NCBI RefSeq assembly: GCF_963921235.1
Contig: NC_086107.1
Location: 107,262,001 to 107,326,000, forward strand
Direction of reading: 5' to 3'
DNA length: 64,000 bases
DNA from: Mobula hypostoma
Lineage: Eukaryota
The position numbers and the translations under genes are program-made. The stretch's first letter is position 1. Every line of letters begins with the position of its first letter. Of this stretch, positions 11,487 to 22,181 are shown in pieces. The notes beneath the pieces were generated by a model that ran no database searches, had not been told where the DNA came from, and saw only the letters and a program-made list of their open reading frames with translations.

Positions 11487-12190
11487 TGCCTTTGAAAGGA
11501 AAATCCTACAAAGGGTAATGGATTTGGCCCAGTACATCACGGGTAAAGCCCTCCGAACCATTGAGCACATCTACGTGAAAGTCCACCATAGGAAAGCAGC
11601 ATCCATCATCAAAGATTCTCGCCACCCAGGCCGTGCTCTTTTCTTGCTTCTGCCATCGGGAAGAAGATACAAGAGCCTCAGGATTAACTCCACCAAGTTC
11701 AAGAACAGTTACCACCCCTCTACCATCAGGCTCTTGAACAAAAGGGGACAACTACACTCATTTGCCCATCCATTGAGATGTTCCCACAACCAACGATCTC
11801 ACTGTAAGGGCTCTCTATCTTGTTATCTCACGCTCTTGTTATTTATTGCTATTTATTTATATTTCCATTTGCACATTTTGTTGTTTTCTGCACTCTGACA
11901 AACACGAGAAAACCTGCAGAGGCTGGAGGCTGAACACAAAATGCTGGAGGAAATCAGCAGGCCAGGCAGAATCTACGGAAAGGAATAACCCGTCAACGTT
12001 TCGGGCTGAGACCTGAGGGTTCTGCCTGGCCTGCTGAGTTCCTCCAGCATTTTGTGTGTGATCTCTCATTGATCCTGTTGTAGTTACCATTCTGTAGATT
12101 TGCTGAGTAAGCCCACAAGAAAACAAATTTCAGGGTTGTAAATGGTGATGTATATGTACTTTGATAATAAAGTTTACTCTGAACATCAAA
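11487..12190 (+). mobile_element. Rex1/Babar-type LINE 3' end (interrupted at 11897-12060)
   Basis: KILQRVMD..HPGRALFLLLPSGRRYKSLRI..KFKNSY, then the 3' UTR ending TTGATAATAAAGTTTACTCTGAAC. Confidence 0.75.
11897..12060. mobile_element. Head-to-head (palindromic) PLE pLTR pair
   Basis: CACAAAATGCTGGAGGAAATCAGCAGGCCAGGCAG ... CTGCCTGGCCTGCTGAGTTCCTCCAGCATTTTGTGTG. Confidence 0.75.
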
Positions 12191-12351
12191 CTTGAAAGTG
12201 AGAAAGGGGATGCAGGGAGGTGCTCCCGGCCAGGCTCCAATCTTCGGCCTCTCCAGGGGTCAGGGAGCACAGGTTATGACCTCACGACCACAAAATCTGG
12301 GCTGACACCCCGGACACCATGCAGTGGGAGTGCCGCACTGTTGGAAGTGCA

Positions 12352-12568
12352 CACGTGAGATGCTGGAGGAACTCGGCAGGCCAGGTAGCACCTGTGGAGG
12401 AAAACAGGAAGTCAGCATTTTGGGTCGAGCCCTCCATCCGGACGTGCAGGACAAGGGTCCCGAGCCAAAAGACCGCCTACCCATTTCCCTCCGCAGATGC
12501 TGCCTGACCCGTTGAGTTCCTCCACCATCTTGTGTGCTGCTCCGGATTCCAGCATCCGCAGTCTCCCG
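12352..12568. mobile_element. Head-to-head PLE pLTR pair, older
   Basis: ATGCTGGAGGAACTCGGCAGGCCAGGTAGCA ... GATGCTGCCTGACCCGTTGAGTTCCTCCACCAT, with hammerhead remnants at the centre. Confidence 0.7.
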
Positions 12569-13177
12569 GCACTTGTGTCTTTGAATTTAGACGTTCATTC
12601 GAGGCCCCCTGATCCTCCCTTAGCTGGGTTTTACACACACTGGGGCACTACTATAGACTTCTCCCTGGTGTCCTGAGATCAACACTGATCACCAATGCAG
12701 ATTTCCTGGGCCTTGCTATGCACAAATTGGCTGCCCCTCCCCATTCTTTCGAAACTGCAGCAGTAGCTACTATTCAACCGGGGCTCTGAGGCTGTGTTAG
12801 ATAGAGCAAATTGCAAGGTTTTCTCCATCAGATAAAAAGGGTTAAATATGACGGAGATACAGGAGTACAGGAGAGCGACAGAATCTGTTTCTAACCGCAA
12901 ATGAACACCTCTACTCTTGTGCGACCAGCCCGCCCGTCTGGCGCTCTGTTGCCATGGTTACATTGTCATGTTGTGGCTTGGTGCAGTGCTGCAGCTTAAT
13001 GCTGATTTGCACAGCTCCATTTCAGTGGAGTGAAGGCTTTTCCGGTATTTATTGCTTTACCTTCAGAGCTTTTAGACTGACATCGAGTTTTGGTCACCGT
13101 GGCGATGGTGGGGGAGGGGCTGCGTGAGGACACTCCAGGTCTCTGGAACATGAGCCAGTTAGTTTCCTCTCTGTTGG

Positions 13178-13380
13178 CACAAGAGACTGCGGACGCTGGG
13201 AATCCAGAGCAACAAGCAAAGCACTGGAGGAACTCAGCGGTCGGGCAGCTTCTGTGGAGGGAAATGGACAGTCAACATTTCACCTGAGCCCCGATGAAGG
13301 GTCTTGACCTGAAATATTGACTGTCCACTTCCTTCCGCAGATGCTGCCTGGCTCGCTGAGTACCTCCAGCGTCTAATGTG
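13178..13380. mobile_element. Head-to-head PLE pLTR pair
   Basis: The minus half runs to CAGTCAACATTTCA. The plus half starts CCCGATGAAGGGTCTTGACCTGAAATATTGACTG. Confidence 0.75.
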
Positions 13381-13504
13381 ACAACCCTTGGTTGCCTGGT
13401 TCAGAATCACAATCAGGTTTATCATCACTGATATATGACATGATATTGTTTTGTTGTTTTGTGGCAGCAGTACAGTGCAAGACATAACAAATTACTATAA
13501 GTTA

Positions 13505-13655
13505 CAATAGAGAGATAGACAAATAGACATAGATAAATAAAGAAATAGATAGATAGTTAGGTAGATATATAGATATAGATAGATAGATTGATAGATAGAT
13601 GGAGAGGTAGACAGATAGATAGATAGATAGATGGATGGATAGATAGATAGATAGT
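13505..13655. repeat. (GATA)n microsatellite, continuing at 14240-14295 and 14615-14710
   Basis: Direct inspection. Confidence 0.9.
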
Positions 13656-14235
13656 CATAGTCATAGTCATAGTCATATACTTTATTGATCCCAGGGGGAA
13701 ATTGGTTTTCGTTACAGTTGCACCATAAATAATAAATAGTAATAGAACCATAAATAGTTAAATAGTAATATGTAAATTATGCCAGTAAATTATGAAATAA
13801 GTCCAGGACCAGCCTGTTGGCACAGGGTGTCTGACCCTCCAAGGGAGGAGTTGTAAAGTTTGATGGCCACAGGCAGGAATGACTTCCTATGACGTTCAGT
13901 GTTGCATCTCGGAGGAATGAGTCTCTGGCTGAATGTACTCCTGTGCCCACCCAATACATTATGTAGTGGGTGGGAGACATTGTCCAAGATGGCATGCAAC
14001 TTGGACAGCATCCTCTTTTCAGACACCACCGTCAGAGAGTCCAGTTCCATCCCCACAACATCACTGACCTTTCGAATAAGTTTGTTGATTCTGTTGGTGT
14101 CTGCTACCCTCAGCCTGCTGCCCCAGCACACAACAGCAAACATGATAGCACTGGCCACCACAGACTCTTAGAACATCCTCAGCATCGTCCGGCAGATGTT
14201 AAAGGACCTCAGTCTCCTCAGGAAATAGAGGTGGC
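13652..14235 (-). mobile_element. Rex1-type LINE 3' end with (ATGACT)n tail
   Basis: VASAIMFAVVCWGS..INKLIRK..LDNVSHPLH..RHRKSFLPVAIKLYN. Same subfamily as 41405-41812 and 58535-60022. Confidence 0.85.
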
Positions 14236-14964
14236 TCTAATAGACAGATAGGTAGATAGACAGTCAGACAGATAGATAGATAAATGGATAGATAGCTTTT
14301 GATTCAGCGTGAACAAGTATCCAGCTATTGAACCGGCAAGGGGATAACTTCACTCACCAAAATTCTGAACCTACTCAATGACCTACAGACTCACTTTCAA
14401 GGCCTCTTTCCGACTCATGTTCTCAGTATTTTTTTATACACACAATGAGTATTCTTTTGCAGTTTGGTTGGTCGTCAGTTTTTCTCTATGCGTCGTTTTT
14501 TTCATAGATTCTGTTGTATTTCTTTATTTTCCTGTAATTGCCAGCAGAAAAATTAATCTCAAAGTACATACTAACATATAGGCACTTTGAATTTTGAATT
14601 TTCAACCTTGAGAGGTCATAGACATAGATAGATAGATACTTAGATAGATAGATATACAGGTGGATAGATGATGGATAGATAGATAGATGGATAGATAAAT
14701 AGACGACGGATAGTGCAAAAGAGGAGTAGTGAGGTTGTGTTCATGGATCGTTCAAAACTATAACAGAGAGGAAGTTGTTCCTAAAACATTGAATGTAAAG
14801 GTAAAGATTTTAAAGATTTAAAGATTAGCTTTCTTTGCCACACGTACATCAAACATGCAATGAAGTGCGTCATTTGTATCGACTCAAGTCAGCGAGGATT
14901 GCACTGGGCAGCCCGCAGGTGTCAACACACTTCCAGTGCCAGCATAACATGCCCACAACTCATT

Positions 14965-15140
14965 AACCCTAACCGGTACATTGTTGGAATGTGGGAGGAA
15001 ACCAGAGCTTCTGGAGGAAACCCACGCAGGCACAGGGAGAAGGTACAAACTCTTTACAGGCAGCGGTGGGAATTGAACCCCAGTCTTACAACTGGCACTG
15101 TAATAACATTACGATTAACACTATTCTACCGTGTCGCAGT
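14965..15140 (-). mobile_element. V-domain tRNA-derived SINE
   Basis: Reverse complement of the SINE core (TGTGGGAGGAAACCAGAG..GGAAACCCACGC) and B-box GGAATTGAACCC. Confidence 0.7.
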
Positions 15141-15494
15141 GTGAAGCCATGGCTAGAATAAGTGGATGGACTGAGTGGTTAAACATTTATTTCCAGGACC
15201 CACAAGGGGTAGCGGTGACTTTGTTTCCCCACAGAGTGCTTCTGTATACATTGAAGCACTGAACTCTCACTGGAAAACTTCAAAAGCAGCCATTCATTGA
15301 TTGCACGGTGATCCATGTCAGAACTGTGGCATCCAGGTTGTGTACCATAAACTCTGTCTAACATCAATGTGAAACAGCAAGAATGTCTGTTTTAGTGATG
15401 TTTGGCTGTGGACGGAGGGGAATTCCTGTCCCTCTTCAAAGTAGTGTTGCTTTGGTTCTGAGAGGTGGAGAGAGGGCTTGGGTGTTTCACATCC

Positions 15495-15865
15495 AGTGCA
15501 TCTGTAGATGTGAACTTCCCACTATTCAGGACACTTACAGTGACAGGTGCGTAAAAAGGGACCCGAGTCACCCCAACCACAAACTATTGTAGCTGCTACC
15601 GTCCGGGAAATGGTACCGCAGCATTAAAGCCAGGACCAACAGTCTCTGGGACAGTTTCTTCCACCGGGCCATTAATTCACGCTGACAAAATTGTACTTCT
15701 AAGCTATATTGACTGTTCTGTTGTATATCTTACTGTACATACTACTTATTACAAATTACTATAATCTACACATTGTGCATTCAGGCGGAGATGTAACGTA
15801 AAGATTTTAACTCGTCATGTGTGTGAAGGATGTAAGAAATGAAGTCAATTCATTTCAATTTAATT
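15495..15865 (+). mobile_element. Rex1/Babar-type LINE 3' end
   Basis: Same sequence family as 6660-7036 (ELPTIQD..DPSHPNHKL; AATTC-type tail). Confidence 0.75.
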
Positions 15866-16028
15866 TAATATAACACAAGAGTTCAGTGCTCTCTCTGTAT
15901 TGCACAGGAAGGGTCATTCTAGGTTTTGGGGACCAACTCTGGTCTGGGGGCTTAAATGCACAAACCTCTCGCTTAAAGGCAAGAGTGCTGGTCACTGAGC
16001 TGTAACTGAGATAAATGTGGCAAAGTGG

Positions 16029-16062
16029 CACAAGAGATTCTGCAGATACTGGAAACCTTGAG

Positions 16063-16100
<38 letters not shown>

Positions 16101-16225
16101 CTGGGGGAACTCAGCAGGTCAGGCAGCATCTATGAAGGGAAATAAATAGTTGGCATTTCAGACTGTTTATTCCCCTCCATAGATGCTGCCTGTCATGATG
16201 AGTTCCTTCATCAGTTTGTGGGTGT
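16029..16225. mobile_element. Head-to-head PLE pLTR pair
   Basis: The minus half runs to TTGGCATTTCA. The plus half begins GACTGTTTATTCCCCTCCATAGATGCTGCC. Confidence 0.75.
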
Positions 16226-16770
16226 GTCAGTGAAGTGCCTGCCACCATCTGCATCTCTTCTCCACTGATTTACCAACTCCTGACGGAGAAGCCAAACAAA
16301 GACTAACTCCCCCTCAGATCTCGGTCCCCTACATCGGTGTGTCCCCATCTCTCAGCGGTGATCTCGCGGAGGTGCTGCCTTACAGTTCCAGAGACTTGGG
16401 TTCGATCCTGATTTCTGGTGCTGGCTGTGTAGAATCGACACACATCCCTGAGACTATGTGGGTTTTCCTCCAGGTGCTCCGGGTTTCCAGCGCACATTCC
16501 AAAGACACAGTAGGATCTTTGGCCGCTGTAAATTTTCCCTAATGGAGTGGGGTGGTAGAGTCTAGGGTAAACTTATGGGGATTGAGGGAGAATCAAATGG
16601 GATTAGTTTAGAGTCAGTGTAAAAAGAGCCTTTTTTCCATACTGTATGACTCCCCATGGTTTTGCACTCCGGTTTCTGAAATCTCCTCTATCGCTACAAT
16701 CTTCTCATCTCCACAAAATCCTGCCTTCCAAATACAGTTTCTTTTATTGCTCCTAATTGCTCCAAAGATT

Positions 16771-17416
16771 GGAGGGAGGAGAAGATGGTGGCACGACGCA
16801 GCGCGTGCAGCCGTTCCGAAAGAATATCGTATGTGTAACTAGGAGGGCCATGCACAATCCGGATTTGATGGAGACAGCGGTGAGAGCACGGAGGAACACC
16901 TGGAGAAACTTCTGAAACGCCCGTTTCGCTGCCGCTGCTACTGCGCGATTGAGAATCACCGGAGGGGAAGGCCCCAAATCCTCGGCTTTGCCTATTGCTT
17001 GTTGCCGGGGCCGGGGTCGGAATGCTCGGCAGAGATGGTACTCGGTGCTCGGTGTCGGAGAGCTGGTTGGAGGCTCGGAGTTTTCGGACGGACTCGGAGT
17101 CGGACTGTGGTCGGATGCTTCCGGGATGCTGCATCGGCAAGTTTGCGGTGCTGGAGGTTCACCGTCTGCGTGAGATGATGGGACTTTCGAGAGACTTTGA
17201 GACTTTACCGTGCCATGGTCTGTTCTTATCAAATTATGGTATTGCTTTGCACTGTCACTATATGTTATAATTATATGGTTTTTGTTAGTTTTTAAGTCAG
17301 TTTGTCGTGTTTTCGTGATATCATTCTGGAAAAACATTGTATCATTTCTTAATGCATGCATTACTGAATGACAATAAAAAGAGGACTGCGTGTCCTCATA
17401 ATCTAATCTAATCTAA
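16771..17416 (+). mobile_element. ~640-bp non-autonomous retroelement with YY1-type GC-rich head and (ATCTA)n tail
   Basis: Starts GGAGAAGATGGTGGC and ends GACAATAAAAAGAGGACTGCGTGTCCTCATAATCTAATCTAATCTA. Homologous full-length copies at 18696-19370 (-) and 34267-34857 (+). Confidence 0.75.
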
Positions 17417-18449
17417 TTCCTGAGGGGAAGTTGCTCTGTGATCCCAAAATCCGTGATTTTGCTAACCCTGGGAGCCACCAGAAATGGAAGGGAAGCCTCC
17501 AGCCGATTGGGCTAGAAGTCCTGTCTGTGAGCAAGAGAATCAGGAATGAAAAGGTTTTAATTTTATTAGATCATTTCTGTTTTGTGGGGACGGGGAGCAC
17601 AGACTGCTCAATGGACAATAAAAGACAGCCAATCTGAGCCAACTTGTGTTTGGACACAGATTGGTGGGACACCATGATGACGGACACATGAGGCAACCAA
17701 TGGTGGTGGGAGTGTGGGTGGAGCATAGGGAGGAGATAGTCATGTGATGATACTTCCAGGATGATAACTAACCAGGATTTGCAACATAAGTGGTCCAGTG
17801 AGGACATTGAAATGTGGATAAAACTGGCACTATGTGCCGTCTAAAGAACAATGGAAATTGAACATGTTGTCCTGAACTGTGAAAGGGAGGATTGCAAAGA
17901 CATGAGAGAGGCATTACTGAATTGGAGAGGAATTCTGAGAGATCTCTAAGAGTTTCCTGGCAATGACAGTGTTTCCATAGACACCGTACGGGAAAAGTCT
18001 GAGCTACAGAGGAAGAGCAAAACAAAGTGAGGCCGGAAACACCTCAGTAAAAATGAATTAAAAATAAATAAATCTGACCTTTGTTATACTTAAAGCATGC
18101 AATTAGTCTTCAGTTTAGCAAGGCTGTGTACCCAGGCATCAGTTATTCTTTAATTGTATATAAAGGCAGATCTACTTCAATGAAATCAGTAACTCCCATT
18201 TAATTGCATATCACTTAATTATACGAGATTTCACTGTGTCGATTTGTTCCCCCATTCATTAGGACTTCTTTGCAGCAAGAAAACTGTTCATTCCCAGGAG
18301 GTTTTCATGTCTGGTGAACATTCCCCATCTGCTTCTGTTGCCACTGAGTTCCCTGATCTGGCATTTACCAATCATGTCTTCGTCCCTCCCTATTAGAGGT
18401 GACCAGTAAATGTGGTGTGCAACTCGTGTAAGAGCCACTGATTAAAAGT

Positions 18450-19575
18450 AGGCGGTAGGGGGTAGAGGGTAGAGGGTAGAGGATGGAGGTTGGAAGGTAG
18501 AAGGTAGAGGGTGGAGTTGGAAGTGGAGGCAGAAGTGATGGCTGATGGTTGAATGTTGATGGCTGATGGCTGATGGTTGATGGTTATATGTTGATGGTTG
18601 ATGTCCAATGGCTGATGGTGAAATGTTAATGGTTGATGGCTGAATATTGATGGTCGCTGGCAGATGGTTGATGACTGATGGCTGATGACTAAATATTAGA
18701 TTAGATTATGAGGACACTCAGTCCTCGATTATTGTTATCTAGAAATGCATGCATTAAAAATGATACACTGTTCCTCCGGTATGATATCACAGAAACACAA
18801 GACAGACCAAGACTAAAACCGACAAAAACCACATAATTATAACATATAGTTATAACAGTGCAAAGCAATACCATAATTTGATAAGAGCAGACCATGGGCA
18901 CAGTAAAATAAAGTCTCAAAGTCCCGATAGTCCCAACACCTCACGCAGACGGTAGAAGGAAGAAACTTTCCTTGCCATGAGCTTCCAGTGCCGCAAACTT
19001 GCCGATGCAGCATCCTGGAAGCACCCAACCACAGTCCGACTCTGAGTCGTCCGAAAACTTCGAGCCTCCGACCAGCCCTCCGACACTGAGCACCGAGCAC
19101 TATCTCTACCGAGTGCTTCGACCCCAGCCCCGGCCGCCAAGCAACAGGCAAAGCTGAGGATTCGGGGCCTTCCCCTCCGGAGATTCCGGATCACACAGTA
19201 GCAGTGGCAGCGAAGCAGGCATTTCAGAAGTTTCACCAGATGTTTCTCCGTGCTCTCACGTCTGCCTCCATCAAATCAGAATTGTGCACAGCCTCCTACT
19301 TGACGGATTACAGATTTCATCACCTGAGAGGCCGCGAGCGCTGTATCATGCCACCATCTTCTCCTCTTCCTGATGAAATATTGATGGTTGATGGTTGGTG
19401 GCTGAATATTGATGGCTGATGGTTGAATGTTGATGGTTGATGGCTGAATATTGATGGTTGATGGTTGAATGGTGATGGTTGATGGCTGAAAGTTGATGGT
19501 TGATGGTTGGTGGTTGAATATTGATGGTTGATGGTTGATGGCTGAATATTGATGGTTGATGGATGATACTATTCA
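18450..19575. repeat. (GGGTAGA)n then (GATGGYT)n degenerate 7-bp tandem repeats, split by an insertion at 18696-19370
   Basis: Direct inspection. Confidence 0.85.
18696..19370 (-). mobile_element. Second copy of the YY1-headed non-autonomous retroelement
   Basis: Reverse complement of 16771-17416. AAATATT occurs on both sides (possible TSD). Confidence 0.75.
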
Positions 19576-19904
19576 TTGCTGATGCTAAGAATTATAGCTC
19601 AGAAGACTGTACTCCTGCTAATGGCTGAGAAGGTTTTGTGGGTTTAAGCCCATCTGCAATCCCATGAACACAATAGGTTAGGCTAAGAGAGTGTTACACT
19701 TCATATAAAATGTTAACCTGAGTCTTCATGTGACCTGTCAAATGAGTGAACTTGAGACCTGTCCAAAATTTTTTTAAAAACCGTGATATTCTCCAATAAT
19801 TAATTCCCCCCCCCCGCCCCCAGAACAATTGTTGCTTGCGAAAGCTTGCTGTTCACCTGCATTACAGCACGGTTCATTCTGCGATATTTGGCCATACGTA
19901 TGTC

Positions 19905-20110
19905 TTCACAATTAGAGATACAGCACTGAAACAGTACCAATGAGCCTGGGTTGCCCAATTACACCCACGTGACTAATTAACCTACTAATCCATAGGTCTT
20001 TGGAATGTGGGATGAAACCAGAGCCCCCAAAGGAAACCCATGCAGTCACGGGGAGAACGTGCAAACTTCTCACAGACAGTGGCAGAATTGAGCCCGGGCT
20101 GCTGGCACGG
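19905..20110 (-). mobile_element. V-domain tRNA-derived SINE
   Basis: TCTTTGGAATGTGGGATGAAACCAGAG..GGAAACCCATGCAGTCACGGGGAGAACG. Confidence 0.7.
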
Positions 20111-21324
20111 TAATGGAGACCTGTGGGCTGATAGCCTAGGTCTACAAATCTCAGTGAATATATGTGATAGATAAATCTGAGTCTTGAATCCTGAATCTTA
20201 ATAACATTATGCTAACCGCTACACTATTGTGCAGTCCATATGTGTTGAATTAGCACATATGGTTCTCAAATGCAAGGCTCACCAATAAGACACCAACTGA
20301 CAACAATTAAATGTAACACCAAGAATGTGCATTTTCATGGCAATAGTAGCATGGTAAAACATTTTCCCAGAGCGTTACCAAGAGGTGAAAGCATGCTAAT
20401 GCACAAAGCATGGGATACTCGTTGCTGATGTAATCGCTACTAAAGGTTAAAGTGGGCTATGCTTACTCGCATGACCAGTGAGAAATTAAAATTATCTTCA
20501 TCACTGAACCTCATTAAATAAAATCTGCTGCCGGACCACAGTAGGTGTTCTTTGTGGAGGTGACCTACAACTTGGACAGAGGGGTAGCTATTCAGGAGTA
20601 CCTACAAGAGAAAGGAGCCTAACAGAGTTTGGAAGGGGGAATTCCACCCTAGGGCGTCATCAGCTGGAGGAATGCCATGGAAATTGTGGATGCTGAAGAG
20701 CCCAAAATTTGAGGAGCAAGGCTTTGGAGGGATTTGCAAAGATAGAGGGGCAAAGTTTAAAATTGAAGGCTCCGCTTAGCCAGAGGGCTGGTAGGGTAAT
20801 GACTACAGGGATGGTGGATGACCTGGATGGTACATCTCCAGCAGATTTCTCCATTGCTGGAAGTTGCTGAAGCTAACTATAATGAGTTCCAGAGCCGCAA
20901 GATAACGTTGCAGCTGTATAAAGCCCTGGTTAGACCACACTTGGGGTATTGTGTTCAGTTCTGGCCGCCTCATTATGGGAAGGATGAGGAAGCTTTAGAG
21001 AGGGTGCAGAGAGATTTGCCTGGATGGAAAGACGGCATGTCAGATAAGGATGAATTGAGCGAGCCAGGGCTTTTCTCCTTGGAGTGAAAGAAGATGAAAG
21101 GTGACTTGATAGAGGGTAAAAGATGATAAGAGGCATAGATTGAGTGGATAGCCAGAGACTTTACCCAAAGCAGAAATGGCTAATACCGGGGGGCATAATT
21201 TTAAGGTGACTGGAAGAAAGTATAGGGGGGGATGTCATAGGAAAGTTTTTTACACAGAGAATAATGGGTGCATGGAATGTCCTAACTCAATGGGCAGTCA
21301 GGTGGGATCGCTGTCTGGCTGTAA

Positions 21325-21477
21325 TAGACAGATAGATAGATAGAGGGAGATAGAGAGAGAGATAGAGATATAGAGATAGAGATAGATAGAGAGATAGAGA
21401 GAGAGAGAGATAGATATATAGAGATAGAGAGATAGAGAGAGAGACAGAGAGAGATAGAGAGAGAGAGATAGGGAGAT

Positions 21478-21538
<61 letters not shown>

Positions 21539-21546
21539 GAGAGAGA
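21325..21546. repeat. (GA)n/(GATA) microsatellite
   Basis: Direct inspection. Confidence 0.95.
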
Positions 21547-21560
21547 AATGTCAGTTCCAC

Positions 21561-21687
21561 TACCTGGTTAATCCTGCCAGTAGCATATGCTTGTTTCAAA
21601 GATTAAGCCATCCATGTCTAAGTAGACAGGGCCAGTGCAGTGAAACTGAATGGATCATTAAATCAGTTATGGTTCCTTTGATTGCTC
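21561..21687 (+). pseudogene. 18S rRNA 5'-end fragment (non-functional copy)
   Basis: TACCTGGTTAATCCTGCCAGTAGCATATGCTTGTTTCAAAGATTAAGCCATCCATGTCTAAGTA..CAGTGAAACTG-AATGGATCATTAAATCAGTTATGGTTCCTTTGATTGCTC matches roughly the first 130 nt of vertebrate 18S rRNA, with about ten substitutions and a 2-nt deletion. Confidence 0.95.
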
Positions 21688-22181
21688 AAAGAGTAGATTC
21701 ATTTGGGGCATTTAAAAAACTCTTAGATAGGCACATGGAGGATAGAAAAATCAAGGGCTATGTAGGAGGGAAGGGTTAGATTTATCTTAGAGGAGGCTAA
21801 AAGTTTGACTCAACATTGTGGGCTGAAGGGCTTGTACTGTTCTGTACTGCTCCATGTACTATGTTCTATAGTCTATGTCCTATGTTATATATTATGCGCC
21901 CGCAACACTCATAATGTGTTGATACCCCACTGCAAGTACCTGCAATATGTTGTTCATGCCATGTGCCACTTGTTAGGACTTCCACTGTTAAACGTCTGAA
22001 AGTAGTGCTGTTGCAAAGTTGTGTTTTCTTCCCTTTTCTTGTTCTTCTCAGGCACTCGTTCAAGATCAAGGGTGATCAAGATCAAAGGTTCTGAGGTGGA
22101 TCATGAGGCCGATGTGGGACGGACAAACTCGTCCACAGGTGGGGCAAGAGGTTCACATTCAGGTTCACTTAGAATCACATG

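Larger units (their letters stand above)
20878..21885 (+). mobile_element. CR1 LINE 3' portion interrupted at ~21283-21687
   Basis: LQLYKALVRPHLGYCVQFWPPHY..LERVQR..GLFSLE. It resumes after the 18S fragment with CATTTAAAAAACTCTTAGATAGGCACATGG..GGGCTGAAGGGC..(CTATGTT)-type tail. Confidence 0.85.

Noticed and set aside
12832..12894. Possible terminal exon (TTTTCTCCATCAG then IKRVKYDGDTGVQESDRICF*)
   Set aside because: It is short, matches no protein I recognise, and has no partner exons in the window.
17740..17815. C/D-box snoRNA candidate (GTGATGA)
   Set aside because: There is no properly placed CTGA D box or terminal stem.
21561..21687. Functional 18S rRNA gene or rDNA unit
   Set aside because: Only about 127 bp, mutated at conserved positions, and with no downstream rDNA.
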